IMG/VR virus record: IMGVR_UViG_3300045106_000019
Span: 1 to 37,524 of that record
Strand: one strand, 5' to 3'
Source of the DNA: a virus
Lineage: Duplodnaviria > Caudoviricetes
DNA length: 37,524 bases
Positions 8,898 to 17,672 of the stretch are shown here, one piece after another (the first letter of the stretch is position 1; the number at the start of each line of letters is the position of its first letter). The position numbers and the translations under genes were made by a program. Under the pieces are notes generated by a model. That model did no database searches. It saw only the letters and a list, made by a program, of their open reading frames with translations, and was not told the origin of the DNA.

Positions 8898-8990
8898 AGG
8901 CGGGACATCACGTTGGGTCGGATTACATAATATCCTATTGTAATTTTTGGCTTTTTCGTATCTGGCGACGAACGAGTTACATAAGGAGAA

Positions 8991-9176
8991 TCAGATTTTT
9001 TTCGGTGACTGGCTTGACCGAAATGTGAAGTAGAACCGTGCATCTACCTCGACTTTCATCAGGTCGCGAGTCTGCGGTTTCCGAGCTCCTTTCTCACCGT
9101 CCTTCTGGATGTAGGAAGGCCTCCCCGGCAGAGAGGATCGCTTTACGTATTCGCTCGGACGGTTCTTCACCTTCAT
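8991..9176 (-). CDS. Small basic hypothetical protein downstream of the kinase
   Basis: 61 aa; ATG lies 2 nt after the kinase stop. Confidence 0.4.
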   Translation of the reverse strand: MKVKNRPSEYVKRSSLPGRPSYIQKDGEKGARKPQTRDLMKVEVDARFYFTFRSSQSPKKI

Positions 9177-9178
9177 GA

Positions 9179-10222
9179 TCAGAAGTCCACGAAGAGCTTT
9201 TTAAGCTCCTTGTCGTTGATGCTGTCCCTACATAAGTCTCTCATACGACGTCGGGTTCCGCCACCCGTGGTTTTGTAGCCCACGCAACCTCCATCCGCGT
9301 TCAGGACGATTTCCAGCTCCGTCCCATCTATAACTTTGGTCCAGAGCTTCGAGCTGTCTTGTATTTGCAAACGCCAATCCAGGCAGGGTCCATCAATGCC
9401 AGCGATAGCATTCGCCACATCAATGGCTGACCCGTATCGGTTTGCTGGGTCGACTTCGAGGCAGCGCCTTATAACGTTGCGCAGAGTGGACGGGATATGT
9501 GGCAAAAATGAAGACCTGTCCGGAAACCTCCCATTCCTGACATCGAACTGGAAAGCGGCGCGGTCAAAATCGTCCGGAGGCCCGTATTTGGCGAACTGGT
9601 CGTTGAAGTGCGCGTTGCCATTCGCCATGCGGTAGAGTGTCAAACCTACCTGATAGATATCGAACCTGCGATCAAAATGGTCTGTCCTTGTCGCTTCTGG
9701 CGGGATCATCTTGCCGTAGAGTCTGTCCTGGGCGGCGATGCCAGAGAAGTTCATCTGCTTGGCCTGGCCGAAGTCGGATACCAGCGCCTCTCCCCTTTCT
9801 GACAGAAGGATGTTGTCGGGCTTGATGTCGAAGTGGATTAGGTTCTTCGAGTGGATGTTGTGAAGCCCGGCGAGAACTTGGCAGCCCATGGCTATGATCT
9901 CACGGACGGTGAGGTGCCGCTCAGCCATCAGATTTTTGACCGATCCGTTGCTGTAGTAAGGCATGGCGACATAGACATGATCGTCATCGAAGCATGCGTA
10001 GTGCACCTGCACGACATTAGGATGCGCGCTAGCATAAAGGGCTTTGGATTCCGCAAAGAATTCGTCAGGGGAGTTAAGGCTTGCCTTGCGTAGCCGCTTG
10101 GCGACGATTTCGGCGTTCAATTGATGGTCGTGTGCGACAAAGGTATGTGAGTTCTGGCCATCGTGGCCGATCTCCCGGATAATGTCGAACGTGAGTTCCG
10201 CCTTGTGGTAGGGCTTAAGCAT
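9179..10222 (-). CDS. Hanks-type Ser/Thr protein kinase (non-RD)
   Basis: VAK, alphaC Glu, HPNVV, IHFDIKPDN, DFG, PPE, DIYQVG, conserved Arg in PANRY; start MLKPYHK overlaps the upstream stop. Confidence 0.93.
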   Translation of the reverse strand: MLKPYHKAELTFDIIREIGHDGQNSHTFVAHDHQLNAEIVAKRLRKASLNSPDEFFAESKALYASAHPNVVQVHYACFDDDHVYVAMPYYSNGSVKNLMAERHLTVREIIAMGCQVLAGLHNIHSKNLIHFDIKPDNILLSERGEALVSDFGQAKQMNFSGIAAQDRLYGKMIPPEATRTDHFDRRFDIYQVGLTLYRMANGNAHFNDQFAKYGPPDDFDRAAFQFDVRNGRFPDRSSFLPHIPSTLRNVIRRCLEVDPANRYGSAIDVANAIAGIDGPCLDWRLQIQDSSKLWTKVIDGTELEIVLNADGGCVGYKTTGGGTRRRMRDLCRDSINDKELKKLFVDF

Positions 10223-10670
10223 GCTCAGCCCCCATAGCGCAGAGGATTGCTTCCCTTGCCGCTTTTGACATTTTTTCCCAGTTCTCGACGCCGGGATATT
10301 CATCCCCGTCTACTAACGGCCTGAATTGCTTCCTGTTGATGCCAAGGCGGCCAGAGATCGAAGCTATCTGGCCCACATAGTAAGAGTGGAGCGTTGAACT
10401 GGCGAAAGCTTCTTGGATGACGCCTTCGATCTGGATGCGCTCGATGTTCGCTGACTGAGCGATTGATTCTGTCACGCGTATTCCTGCGCGCTCAATTTCG
10501 TATTCGCGCATGATATCGAGCAGGTTTGAACGGATGTATTTGAGAGCGTCCGGTGTCGCGAAGGCAGCGGGCACTTTCAGTTCTTCGACATTCAGAACGG
10601 CTTTCGCCGCGGTGTCGAAGACCGCAAAGGTGACCGTCTTTGGCGCGGCACGAATTCCGATTGTCTTCAT
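10215..10670 (-). CDS. Putative RNase H/RuvC-like fold protein lacking the first catalytic Asp
   Basis: MKTIGIRAAPKTVTFAVFD three-strand start, LLDIMREYEIERAGIR, ERIQIEGVIQ, C-terminal REAILCA helix; starts 20 nt after the cI stop. Confidence 0.6.
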   Translation of the reverse strand: MKTIGIRAAPKTVTFAVFDTAAKAVLNVEELKVPAAFATPDALKYIRSNLLDIMREYEIERAGIRVTESIAQSANIERIQIEGVIQEAFASSTLHSYYVGQIASISGRLGINRKQFRPLVDGDEYPGVENWEKMSKAAREAILCAMGAEHA

Positions 10671-10690
10671 CCCCCAAGCCCTCCCCAGAG

Positions 10691-11356
10691 CTACGCTGTT
10701 TTTAAGCCAAGTTGCCCCTGAATGCCGCCTTGCCTTTCGACCTTCCTCAATGCGGCCGGCGGCAGTACCGCGAAAATCTCGCCTATCCATTCCAGTTTCT
10801 GATCCTCGATCGGCATGGGGTCGTTCCACGACGTGAGGGTAACCGTTCCCGGCCTGCTGCCCTTTGTGATCGTTTTGATGAAGCGCCGACCTTCCGCCGT
10901 CCGAACCGCCGCCTCCATACCGTAAAAGGATTCGATCGGCTTCTTTTGCTCGCGGTAGACGACGATCACGGTCCCGGGTTTGAACACTGGCATCATGGAA
11001 ATGCCGCTAACGATGAAGGCAACCATATCGTCGGGGACGGGAAAGGGGAGTAGAACCTGGTCCAGACCTTCCGGCGGCACCTGCTCGAAATCCGGCTCCA
11101 CTTCCGCGCCGGCGCCGAGATAGCCCATGATCGGGACTTCGGCGCTGCTCGGCTCGTCGGTGGCGTCTGGATTTCGATAGAGGTCGTCCGGCTCCACGCC
11201 TAGAGCGTCTGCCAGCGGGATTTCCCGCTTCGGCATAATGCGCGTGTGGCTGTTCTCGATTCGGCTGATCGTCTGCCACTGGACGCCGATGGCATCCCCT
11301 AGATCGGCTTGGGTCCAGCCCTTCGCCTCGCGCAACTCTTTCACCCGATTTTTCAT
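10691..11356 (-). CDS. cI: CI-like repressor (XRE HTH plus S24 autopeptidase)
   Basis: LREAKGWTQADLGDAIGV HTH; GAG cleavage site; GISMMP Ser and FIK Lys; divergent from cro. Confidence 0.92.
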   Translation of the reverse strand: MKNRVKELREAKGWTQADLGDAIGVQWQTISRIENSHTRIMPKREIPLADALGVEPDDLYRNPDATDEPSSAEVPIMGYLGAGAEVEPDFEQVPPEGLDQVLLPFPVPDDMVAFIVSGISMMPVFKPGTVIVVYREQKKPIESFYGMEAAVRTAEGRRFIKTITKGSRPGTVTLTSWNDPMPIEDQKLEWIGEIFAVLPPAALRKVERQGGIQGQLGLKTA

Positions 11357-11375
11357 GCGACTACCGATAGCAAGC

Positions 11376-11441
11376 ATCGCAAAAAATGCGTATCGCAGGA
11401 AATGTGATATTTGGCGTTGACGATATCGCATAAACTGCGAT
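11376..11441. promoter_or_regulatory. OR operators (11376-11392, 11392-11408, 11425-11441)
   Basis: ATCGCAAAAAATGCGTA, ATCGCAGGAAATGTGAT, ATCGCATAAACTGCGAT. Confidence 0.85.
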
Positions 11442-11445
11442 ATAC
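11417..11445 (+). promoter_or_regulatory. pR-like promoter
   Basis: TTGACG-N17-ATATAC with a perfect operator in the spacer, upstream of cro. Confidence 0.7.
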
Positions 11446-11470
11446 AGGCTTCGACAAACGGAGCCGATGC

Positions 11471-11716
11471 ATGTCTCTCACCCTCAAAGATTGGCGCGAA
11501 GCAAAGGGCTGGAATACCCAGCGCCTTGCGGAAGAGCTTGGCCTCGATGAGAAGGCCGGCCCCGGAACCGTCTGGCGTTGGGAGACTGGCCGCAGCCGCC
11601 CGGATGCCGACGTGATCGCCAAGATCGAGGAAATCACCGCGGGCGAAGTTACCGCCAGCGAGATGCATGAGACCCGGCTGGCATTCCTCCGCTCGAAAGA
11701 GGGAGAAGCCGCATGA
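11471..11716 (+). CDS. cro: Cro-like XRE HTH regulator
   Basis: LKDWREAKGWNTQRLAEELG...TVWRWETGRSRP; GGAG SD. Confidence 0.88.
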   Translation: MSLTLKDWREAKGWNTQRLAEELGLDEKAGPGTVWRWETGRSRPDADVIAKIEEITAGEVTASEMHETRLAFLRSKEGEAA

Positions 11717-12612
11717 GCATCCAGTTCGCAACCGATCCGGCACCGGTGGTTGATCGTGTCGAGCAAACTCCTCCGGTCGGCGTTCGTTGGCACGAATATG
11801 CCGACATATTCCCTTGGATTGAGGGACCGGCGTTTGAGGAATTGAAAGCCGACATCGCCAAGAACGGTGTTCTCGAGCCGATTGTGTTCCTCGACGGAGC
11901 GATCCTCGACGGTCGCAACCGCTATATGGCGGCGAGGGCGCTCGGCATCGAATACCCCCGTGTCGAATACACCGGCGGTGATCCACTTGGTTTCGTCATC
12001 AGCCACAACCTGCAACGCCGGCACCTGACCGAAAGTCAGCGGGCGATGGTGACGGCGAAACTGGCCAAGTTGCCAAAAGGTCGCCCGGCAGAAAATACCG
12101 AAATTTCGGTATTTAAACCAACGCAAACCGAAGCGGCGAAGATGCTGAATGTCAGTGTCGACAGCGTGCAGTTTGCGAGGAAGGTTCAGGAACAAGGTAC
12201 ACCAGAACTTGCCCGCGCAGTCGAGGAAGGCAAGGTCAGTGTCTCTGCTGCTGCCTCGATTGTCGATCAGCCGCCCGAGGTTCAACGAGAAGTCGTCGCG
12301 CAGCCGAACGTCAAGAAGGCCGTTTCCGAACTTCGGAAATCGGTTCTCGAAGCGGCGAAGCAGGGCGCGGCCGGCGGCTCGGAGCAGTCGAACAAAAACC
12401 CCCACTATCAGGCTCCGACAAAAGCGGGTGAGGCGTGGACCAAGCTCTACGGCTCCTGCCGCGCGCTCGCTGAATGGGCGTCTGACGAAAACATGCTGCT
12501 GGCACTGCATGGCAAGGCGGAGCGCACCGACGATCAGACCGCAAACGTTGCCGCGATCCAGAAGGCAGCCGACGCGCTCACCAAGTTCCTCGGAGACATC
12601 AATGCTCAGTGA
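11713..12612 (+). CDS. ParB/Srx N-terminal domain protein with HTH
   Basis: LKADIAKNGVLEPI...ILDGRNRYMAA; NLQRRHLT; TQTEAAKMLNVS. Confidence 0.85.
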   Translation: MSIQFATDPAPVVDRVEQTPPVGVRWHEYADIFPWIEGPAFEELKADIAKNGVLEPIVFLDGAILDGRNRYMAARALGIEYPRVEYTGGDPLGFVISHNLQRRHLTESQRAMVTAKLAKLPKGRPAENTEISVFKPTQTEAAKMLNVSVDSVQFARKVQEQGTPELARAVEEGKVSVSAAASIVDQPPEVQREVVAQPNVKKAVSELRKSVLEAAKQGAAGGSEQSNKNPHYQAPTKAGEAWTKLYGSCRALAEWASDENMLLALHGKAERTDDQTANVAAIQKAADALTKFLGDINAQ

Positions 12613-13045
12613 CAAGCTTTCCCTCTTCTATCAGAAGGTGAACGAAGCGGTTGCGATCTATGGCCTCGACGCCAAGTCCGTCGCGGACGCGGTAATCACG
12701 GAAGCCTTTCCCGACACTATGGCGGCCGCTGGCCATGAAGGCGCGGATACTATGCTGAGGAATGGCGTGATTGCCTTCCTGTCCGCGTATTTCAAGCGCG
12801 CGCCGAAGATGGACCCGGCACAGCTTGAATTCGATATCCCCGCAACCCTCACACCGATCGTTTCGAAGCTCAAGAAAGAGGCGCACTACGTCGAGAAGCT
12901 TGGGCAATACGTCCCGGTTCACCTGCTGATCGCTAACCTCGACTGGCTGGACGATGCCCGCCGCTACAAGCGTCGCAAGGGCAACGAGACGTTGGCGGAA
13001 GCGGACGTGCTGGACGAACTCTTTGAAGCCGTCTCGAAGGAATAG
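12602..13045 (+). CDS. Hypothetical protein
   Basis: MLSDKLSLFY..., GGAG SD, overlaps the end of the ParB-like gene. Confidence 0.7.
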   Translation: MLSDKLSLFYQKVNEAVAIYGLDAKSVADAVITEAFPDTMAAAGHEGADTMLRNGVIAFLSAYFKRAPKMDPAQLEFDIPATLTPIVSKLKKEAHYVEKLGQYVPVHLLIANLDWLDDARRYKRRKGNETLAEADVLDELFEAVSKE

Positions 13046-13051
13046 GCGGCC

Positions 13052-13513
13052 ATGATCGCTCCCATCCGCCGCGCCGGCCTGAAAGACGAGTTGCTGGCCT
13101 TTGTGGCCCGCTATCCGAAGGCAACCCCGCGTCAGGTCGCCAAGGCTCTGAACTGCCGGGAAGAATATGTGCGTGCCACGGCAAGCCGGCAGGGCATCAA
13201 GCTCAAGGTCAGGGCGAAGAAGAAGGCTGGAGCCAACTCCCCAGCGACTGTCTCTAAGCCCCGTGTCAGGATCAAAGAATTCCACGGGACCCCTGAGCAG
13301 TACGATGCCTTGGCTCGCAAGGTCTCGCTCATTGACCTCGGGCCGCGCGATTGCAAATGGCCGGTTGGCGATCTGAGGGATGCCGATTTCGGCTTCTGCG
13401 GACATGTGAGAACTCCGGGCAAACCCTATTGTGCTCACCATCAGAAGCGAAGCGAAGGGCCGGGAACGCGCGGTGAGCGTGCTGCGACCTCGATCAAGCG
13501 GGTGGCGGCATGA
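13052..13513 (+). CDS. gcrA: GcrA-like transcriptional regulator
   Basis: N-terminal HTH plus C-terminal LIDL...CKWPVGD...FCG...PYCAHH. Confidence 0.8.
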   Translation: MIAPIRRAGLKDELLAFVARYPKATPRQVAKALNCREEYVRATASRQGIKLKVRAKKKAGANSPATVSKPRVRIKEFHGTPEQYDALARKVSLIDLGPRDCKWPVGDLRDADFGFCGHVRTPGKPYCAHHQKRSEGPGTRGERAATSIKRVAA

Positions 13514-13713
13514 ACACACTCGTTCAATTCGCCGGCGACGATCAGCGCCCACGCGCCAAGCCATCGGCATACGCTCTGTTCCTAATGGGCCTCGATACCG
13601 TCGAGATTGCCGAGCGGATTGGTGTTTCAGAAGCCGTTGCTTCCCGGCGCGTCTATGTCCAGCGCTGCCGTGAAAAGGGCCTTCCGGTTGAGACGGAAAG
13701 GCGTTCGGCATGA
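13510..13713 (+). CDS. Small HTH protein
   Basis: GLDTVEIAERIGVSEA; coupled to neighbours. Confidence 0.7.
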   Translation: MNTLVQFAGDDQRPRAKPSAYALFLMGLDTVEIAERIGVSEAVASRRVYVQRCREKGLPVETERRSA

Positions 13714-13907
13714 GCGTCTGGATCGACCTGTTTATCGCCCTATCGCCGCTTGTATCCGGCGTTGCTGGCTATCTGCTCGGTGGGGCCGCAGCGCGCCGCC
13801 AGATCGGCAAGCGTGAGGCTGCCCGGCGCGATCTTTCTGCCGAGCTTCGGAGCCATGTTGACCTTGAGCAGTGCGAGTTCACCCGTGACTGGCGGGTGAG
13901 GCCATGA
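13710..13907 (+). CDS. Small membrane-anchored hypothetical protein
   Basis: Hydrophobic N-terminus, ATGA coupling. Confidence 0.55.
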   Translation: MSVWIDLFIALSPLVSGVAGYLLGGAAARRQIGKREAARRDLSAELRSHVDLEQCEFTRDWRVRP

Positions 13908-14094
13908 GAACGGGTCATCATCATTGTCAGCCCTTCGCCGTCCCCAATCGGGGAACGGCAGTACCAGTTGCCGCGCTCTCGTCTGTTCTTGGCGGTTCGG
14001 AAAAGAGCGCATTCATCATTCCCTTTCTTCCCTTCGAGATCGAGCCGTTCAGGCCTGACCTCCACGCTGATCAGACTACGCGTGGAGATGTTCT

Positions 14095-14487
14095 ATGTCC
14101 GACAAAAGATGTGTCGAAACCGACACGAAGCGTGGCGGAGGCGTCATGAGTACCGCAGTGCAAGAGAGCGTCGTGTTCCTCAACGCGCTCGCCAAGGCCC
14201 ATCACCGGGGCAGGGGCGATACGTGGGGCGCGGCGCGAGACAGGGCGGCGAAGTCGGCGGGTGTCGAGCCGTCCTACGCCAAACGCATATGGGACCGCTG
14301 GCAGACGATGAACGATGTGTCGGGCGAGGCATATCGCCGGCTTCGGACCGCGTACGAGCGAGCCTGTGAAGCCAACGAGGAAGCAGCCGACCGCAACGAC
14401 GCGGAACGGCTCGCAATGAGGAAATCCCATGCGGTTGATCAGAAGCCTGCTTCGGCGGGCCGTTTCGAGGACGAGGCTCGAAATTGA
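14095..14487 (+). CDS. Hypothetical protein, possible HTH regulator (alternative start 14146)
   Basis: RAAKSAGVEPSYAKRIW; SD-like motifs before both ATGs. Confidence 0.65.
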   Translation: MSDKRCVETDTKRGGGVMSTAVQESVVFLNALAKAHHRGRGDTWGAARDRAAKSAGVEPSYAKRIWDRWQTMNDVSGEAYRRLRTAYERACEANEEAADRNDAERLAMRKSHAVDQKPASAGRFEDEARN

Positions 14488-14637
14488 GCGGGCCCGGTAC
14501 ACGCCCCGGCGAATGATTATCGGGGCCGTAGCAGTCGCATCAGTTCTGTTCCTGGCTTCGGTTGTTTTCGGAGCCGACGAGTTCACCGGCCTGAGTGGCA
14601 GGCCAACAGTTCAACGAGCCAATGCAGGGTCTTGGTG

Positions 14638-15408
14638 ATGGCTGAAAACAGCAAGATCGAATGGACGGATCACACGTTCAACCCTTGGATCGGGTGCACG
14701 AAAGTCTCACCGGCCTGTGATGGTTGTTACGCCGAAAACCTCATGGCGAACCGCTATGGCCGGGTGCGGTGGGGCGCTGGCGAAGATCGGCAGCGGACCA
14801 GTCTTGCGAACTGGCGGAAGCCTCTGGCTTGGAACAAGGCCGCAGCGGGCAAAGCCGAGCCCACGTTCGTCTTCTGCGCCAGCCTCGCTGACGTGTTCGA
14901 CAATGAGGTCGATGATCGTTGGCGTCATGATCTGTTCGCCCTTATCGAAGAGACGCCGAACCTCACTTGGCTGCTTCTGACGAAACGGATCGGAAACGTC
15001 ATCAAGATGACCGATCCGGCGCGCGGGAATCCTGTGCTGCCACGCAACGCTGCCATCGGCGCCACCCTTCCCAACCAGTTCGAATACGACCGTGACCGCA
15101 TGAAACTCCGGGAGGTCAAGGAGCGGCTGGACCCGGCTTTCACCTTCGGAAGCTTCGAGCCTCTGCTTGGTCCCGTCATCCTCGACAAGTTCGCGCCTGA
15201 CTGGATCATCACGGGCGGCGAGACAGATCAGGGGCAGCATAAGGCGCGCGATGCCGACCCCGCATGGTTCCGATCCCTCATGCGCCAGTCGAGCGATCTC
15301 GGCCGTGCGTTCTTCATGAAGCAGATGACGCGCAAAGCGCCGATCCCGAACGATCTGCTCGTCCGGCAGTGGCCCGTCCTCAATTCAAAAGAAAGGACGC
15401 CAGCATGA
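14638..15408 (+). CDS. Phage Gp37/Gp68 (DUF5131) family protein
   Basis: SKIEWTDHTFNPWIGCTKVSPACDGCYAE, LLTKR, SFEPLL, WIITGGE, FFMKQ. Confidence 0.92.
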   Translation: MAENSKIEWTDHTFNPWIGCTKVSPACDGCYAENLMANRYGRVRWGAGEDRQRTSLANWRKPLAWNKAAAGKAEPTFVFCASLADVFDNEVDDRWRHDLFALIEETPNLTWLLLTKRIGNVIKMTDPARGNPVLPRNAAIGATLPNQFEYDRDRMKLREVKERLDPAFTFGSFEPLLGPVILDKFAPDWIITGGETDQGQHKARDADPAWFRSLMRQSSDLGRAFFMKQMTRKAPIPNDLLVRQWPVLNSKERTPA

Positions 15409-15626
15409 CCAGCGACCGTTTCTGGATGGTCTATGGCGCGGGGCAGGGTGCTCCCACGGCCAGACACAAGTCTTTCGACAGTGCGCGTACCGAAGCGGAG
15501 CGGCTGGCCCGAATGGTCCCGGGTGTCCGCTTCTTCATTCTCGAAACCGTCGGTGCCGTTGAGAAGGTCGATGTCCAATTCATCGATCTGCGGCCCCGCG
15601 ACCTTGATGACGAAATCCCATTCTGA
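15405..15626 (+). CDS. Hypothetical protein
   Basis: MTSDRFWMVY...DDEIPF acidic tail; AAGGA SD. Confidence 0.7.
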   Translation: MTSDRFWMVYGAGQGAPTARHKSFDSARTEAERLARMVPGVRFFILETVGAVEKVDVQFIDLRPRDLDDEIPF

Positions 15627-15637
15627 GGAGCCCCGAC

Positions 15638-16192
15638 ATGAACGCTGGACACAACAGCCGCGAACTGACCGAGCTTGAGGAAAAGGCTCTGTTCTTCGAT
15701 TGCGTGCGCAAGGACATCGCGCATCAGGCGAAGATCAAGGAACTGCAGGACGCGAGGAAGGCGGACCGCAAGATCGCCCAATCCTACAACATCGTCCTTG
15801 CCGATATGGATTACGCGATCCGCGCCATGAACGCGGACGACAAGGGCACCATCACCGCCCGCCATCTCCAGCAGTCCAAGATCAACTTCTGGCTCGGGCT
15901 CACCTCTGGATACCAGTCGGACCTCTTCGTCGATCGCGCTCCCGGTCTTGAGAAGATCGAGAAGGAAGGCGAGCGCGCAGGTTATCTCGCAGCGGAGCGT
16001 CCCGGCCCATACGCGAAGGGATCTGATGAGGCGGAGGCATGGGACCGCGGCTACGACCGAGCGCAGGCTGTCGTGCGGGACAATCTCGAAGCCGCAATGA
16101 CCAAGGCGAACACAGCGGCCGACCAGACTGGTTCGCAGGAGCACATAGCCGGCCACGACGCCGACGATCCGTTTGCCGAAGCTGCGGAGTAA
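15638..16192 (+). CDS. Hypothetical protein (GapR-like N-terminus and Rmf-like motif, tentative)
   Basis: GHNS start plus coiled coil; EGERAG...PY...AWDRGY; GAGGAG SD. Confidence 0.7.
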   Translation: MNAGHNSRELTELEEKALFFDCVRKDIAHQAKIKELQDARKADRKIAQSYNIVLADMDYAIRAMNADDKGTITARHLQQSKINFWLGLTSGYQSDLFVDRAPGLEKIEKEGERAGYLAAERPGPYAKGSDEAEAWDRGYDRAQAVVRDNLEAAMTKANTAADQTGSQEHIAGHDADDPFAEAAE

Positions 16193-16197
16193 GTCCT

Positions 16198-16299
16198 GTG
16201 TCTCCGCAAACCCGTCGCCTGTTCTTCATCAACTGCATCTGGGGGCTGGCCGTGACCTCGGCCTATGCCTTCGTGATTATCATGACGGTGGTGAGATGA
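16198..16299 (+). CDS. 33-aa single-TM microprotein
   Basis: GTG start after GGAG; hydrophobic; ATGA coupling to the helicase. Confidence 0.4.
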   Translation: MSPQTRRLFFINCIWGLAVTSAYAFVIIMTVVR

Positions 16300-17672
16300 G
16301 CATCCATCCCGATTATCGGCAGTTTTTGAGCCGAAAGGTTCATGAAGGCGCGGACACCGGTTTCGAGCCGACGTTCATGCCGTCCGATCTTTTCGACTTC
16401 CAGAAGGCAATGGTCACCTATGCAGTCGAGAAAGGCCGCGCAGCGCTTTTCGAGGATTGTGGCCTTGGCAAGACTGTCCAATTCCTGACTTGGTCGCAGA
16501 ATGTGGTGGAGCACACCAATCGGCCGGTGTTGGTGATCGCTCCGTTTGCAGTCGCTACGCAGATCGTGAGAGAGGCAGCGAAGTTCGGCATCGCGGCCGA
16601 GCGGTCTTCCGACGGCACATTCACAGGGAAGATCGTTGTCACCAACTATGAACGGTTGCCGGCCTTCAACCCTGCGGACTTCGCCGGCGTGGTGTGTGAC
16701 GAAAGCTCCATCCTGAAATCATTCGATGGCGCGCGTCGGGCAGAGATTACCGACTTCATGCGCAAGGTGCCGTATCGCCTTCTGGCGACCGCGACGGCCG
16801 CCCCGAACGACTATATCGAACTCGGCACGTCCTCCGAGGCCCTTGGATACATGGGCCACATGGACATGCTGAACCGGTTCTTCCGCAATGACCAGAACAA
16901 CAGCGCGACCCGACGCATGTACGGCGAGGCGCCCAAGTGGCGGTTTAAGGGGCATGCCGAGACGCCGTTCTGGCGGTGGGTGTGTTCGTGGGCACGGGCG
17001 ATGCGGAAGCCGTCCGATCTCGGGTTTGCTGACGGTGGTTTTGTCCTCCCGGCTTTGGTCGAAAACCAGCATCTGGTCGAGGTCGATAGCCTTCCGAACG
17101 GCATGCTGTTCAATCTGCCGGCTGCAACGCTCCCCGAACAGCGCGAAGAGAAGAAGCGGACGATCAAGGTTCGCTGCGAACGTGCGGCCGAGCTGGCCTC
17201 GCATGATCGCCCGGCCATCGTCTGGTGCCAATTCAACGAGGAAGCCGACCTTCTCGAGCAAATGATCCCCGGCGCAAAGCAAGTATCCGGGTCACAGGCC
17301 GACGATCTGAAGGAAGGTCGGTTGATGGGGTTCGTTGACGGCGACTTTCGCGTCCTTGTCACGAAGGCGCGCATCGCGGCGCTTGGCTTGAATTTCCAGC
17401 ACTGCGCGCATGTGGTCGATTTCCCGTCGCACTCCTACGAGCAGTATTACCAAGGCGTCCGCCGGTGCTGGCGCTTCGGCCAGTCGAAATCCGTCGTGGT
17501 CGATACCGTCCTGACGGAAGGCGAGCGCAAGATCATCGAGAACCGCCAGCGCAAGGCCGAAGCCGCGCGGGCGATGTTCGACAACCTGATTTCCGAAATG
17601 AACAACGCCATCGCCGTGGACACGTCGCGGGCGTTCGACAAGGCTATGGAGGTTCCGGCATGGGCGGCGTGA
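16296..17672 (+). CDS. SNF2/SF2-type helicase
   Basis: CGLGKT, DESS, TAT, GLNFQ, QGVRRCWRFGQ. Confidence 0.9.
   Translation: MSIHPDYRQFLSRKVHEGADTGFEPTFMPSDLFDFQKAMVTYAVEKGRAALFEDCGLGKTVQFLTWSQNVVEHTNRPVLVIAPFAVATQIVREAAKFGIAAERSSDGTFTGKIVVTNYERLPAFNPADFAGVVCDESSILKSFDGARRAEITDFMRKVPYRLLATATAAPNDYIELGTSSEALGYMGHMDMLNRFFRNDQNNSATRRMYGEAPKWRFKGHAETPFWRWVCSWARAMRKPSDLGFADGGFVLPALVENQHLVEVDSLPNGMLFNLPAATLPEQREEKKRTIKVRCERAAELASHDRPAIVWCQFNEEADLLEQMIPGAKQVSGSQADDLKEGRLMGFVDGDFRVLVTKARIAALGLNFQHCAHVVDFPSHSYEQYYQGVRRCWRFGQSKSVVVDTVLTEGERKIIENRQRKAEAARAMFDNLISEMNNAIAVDTSRAFDKAMEVPAWAA

Noticed and set aside
11357-11986. N-terminal 209-aa extension of cI in the ORF track
   Set aside because: Overlaps the operators, cro and the ParB-like gene; the HTH begins at ATG 11356
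11353-12615. Long antisense ORFs (also 140-763, 12599-13711, 17447-18559, 28337-29461, 32752-33777)
   Set aside because: Shadows of real genes in GC-rich DNA with no motifs, unlike the nested MTase frame, which supplies a missing conserved motif
13904-14149. 81-aa ORF with ATGA overlaps at both ends
   Set aside because: Composition is not protein-like and it conflicts with the 14095 start; cannot be supported, though not excluded
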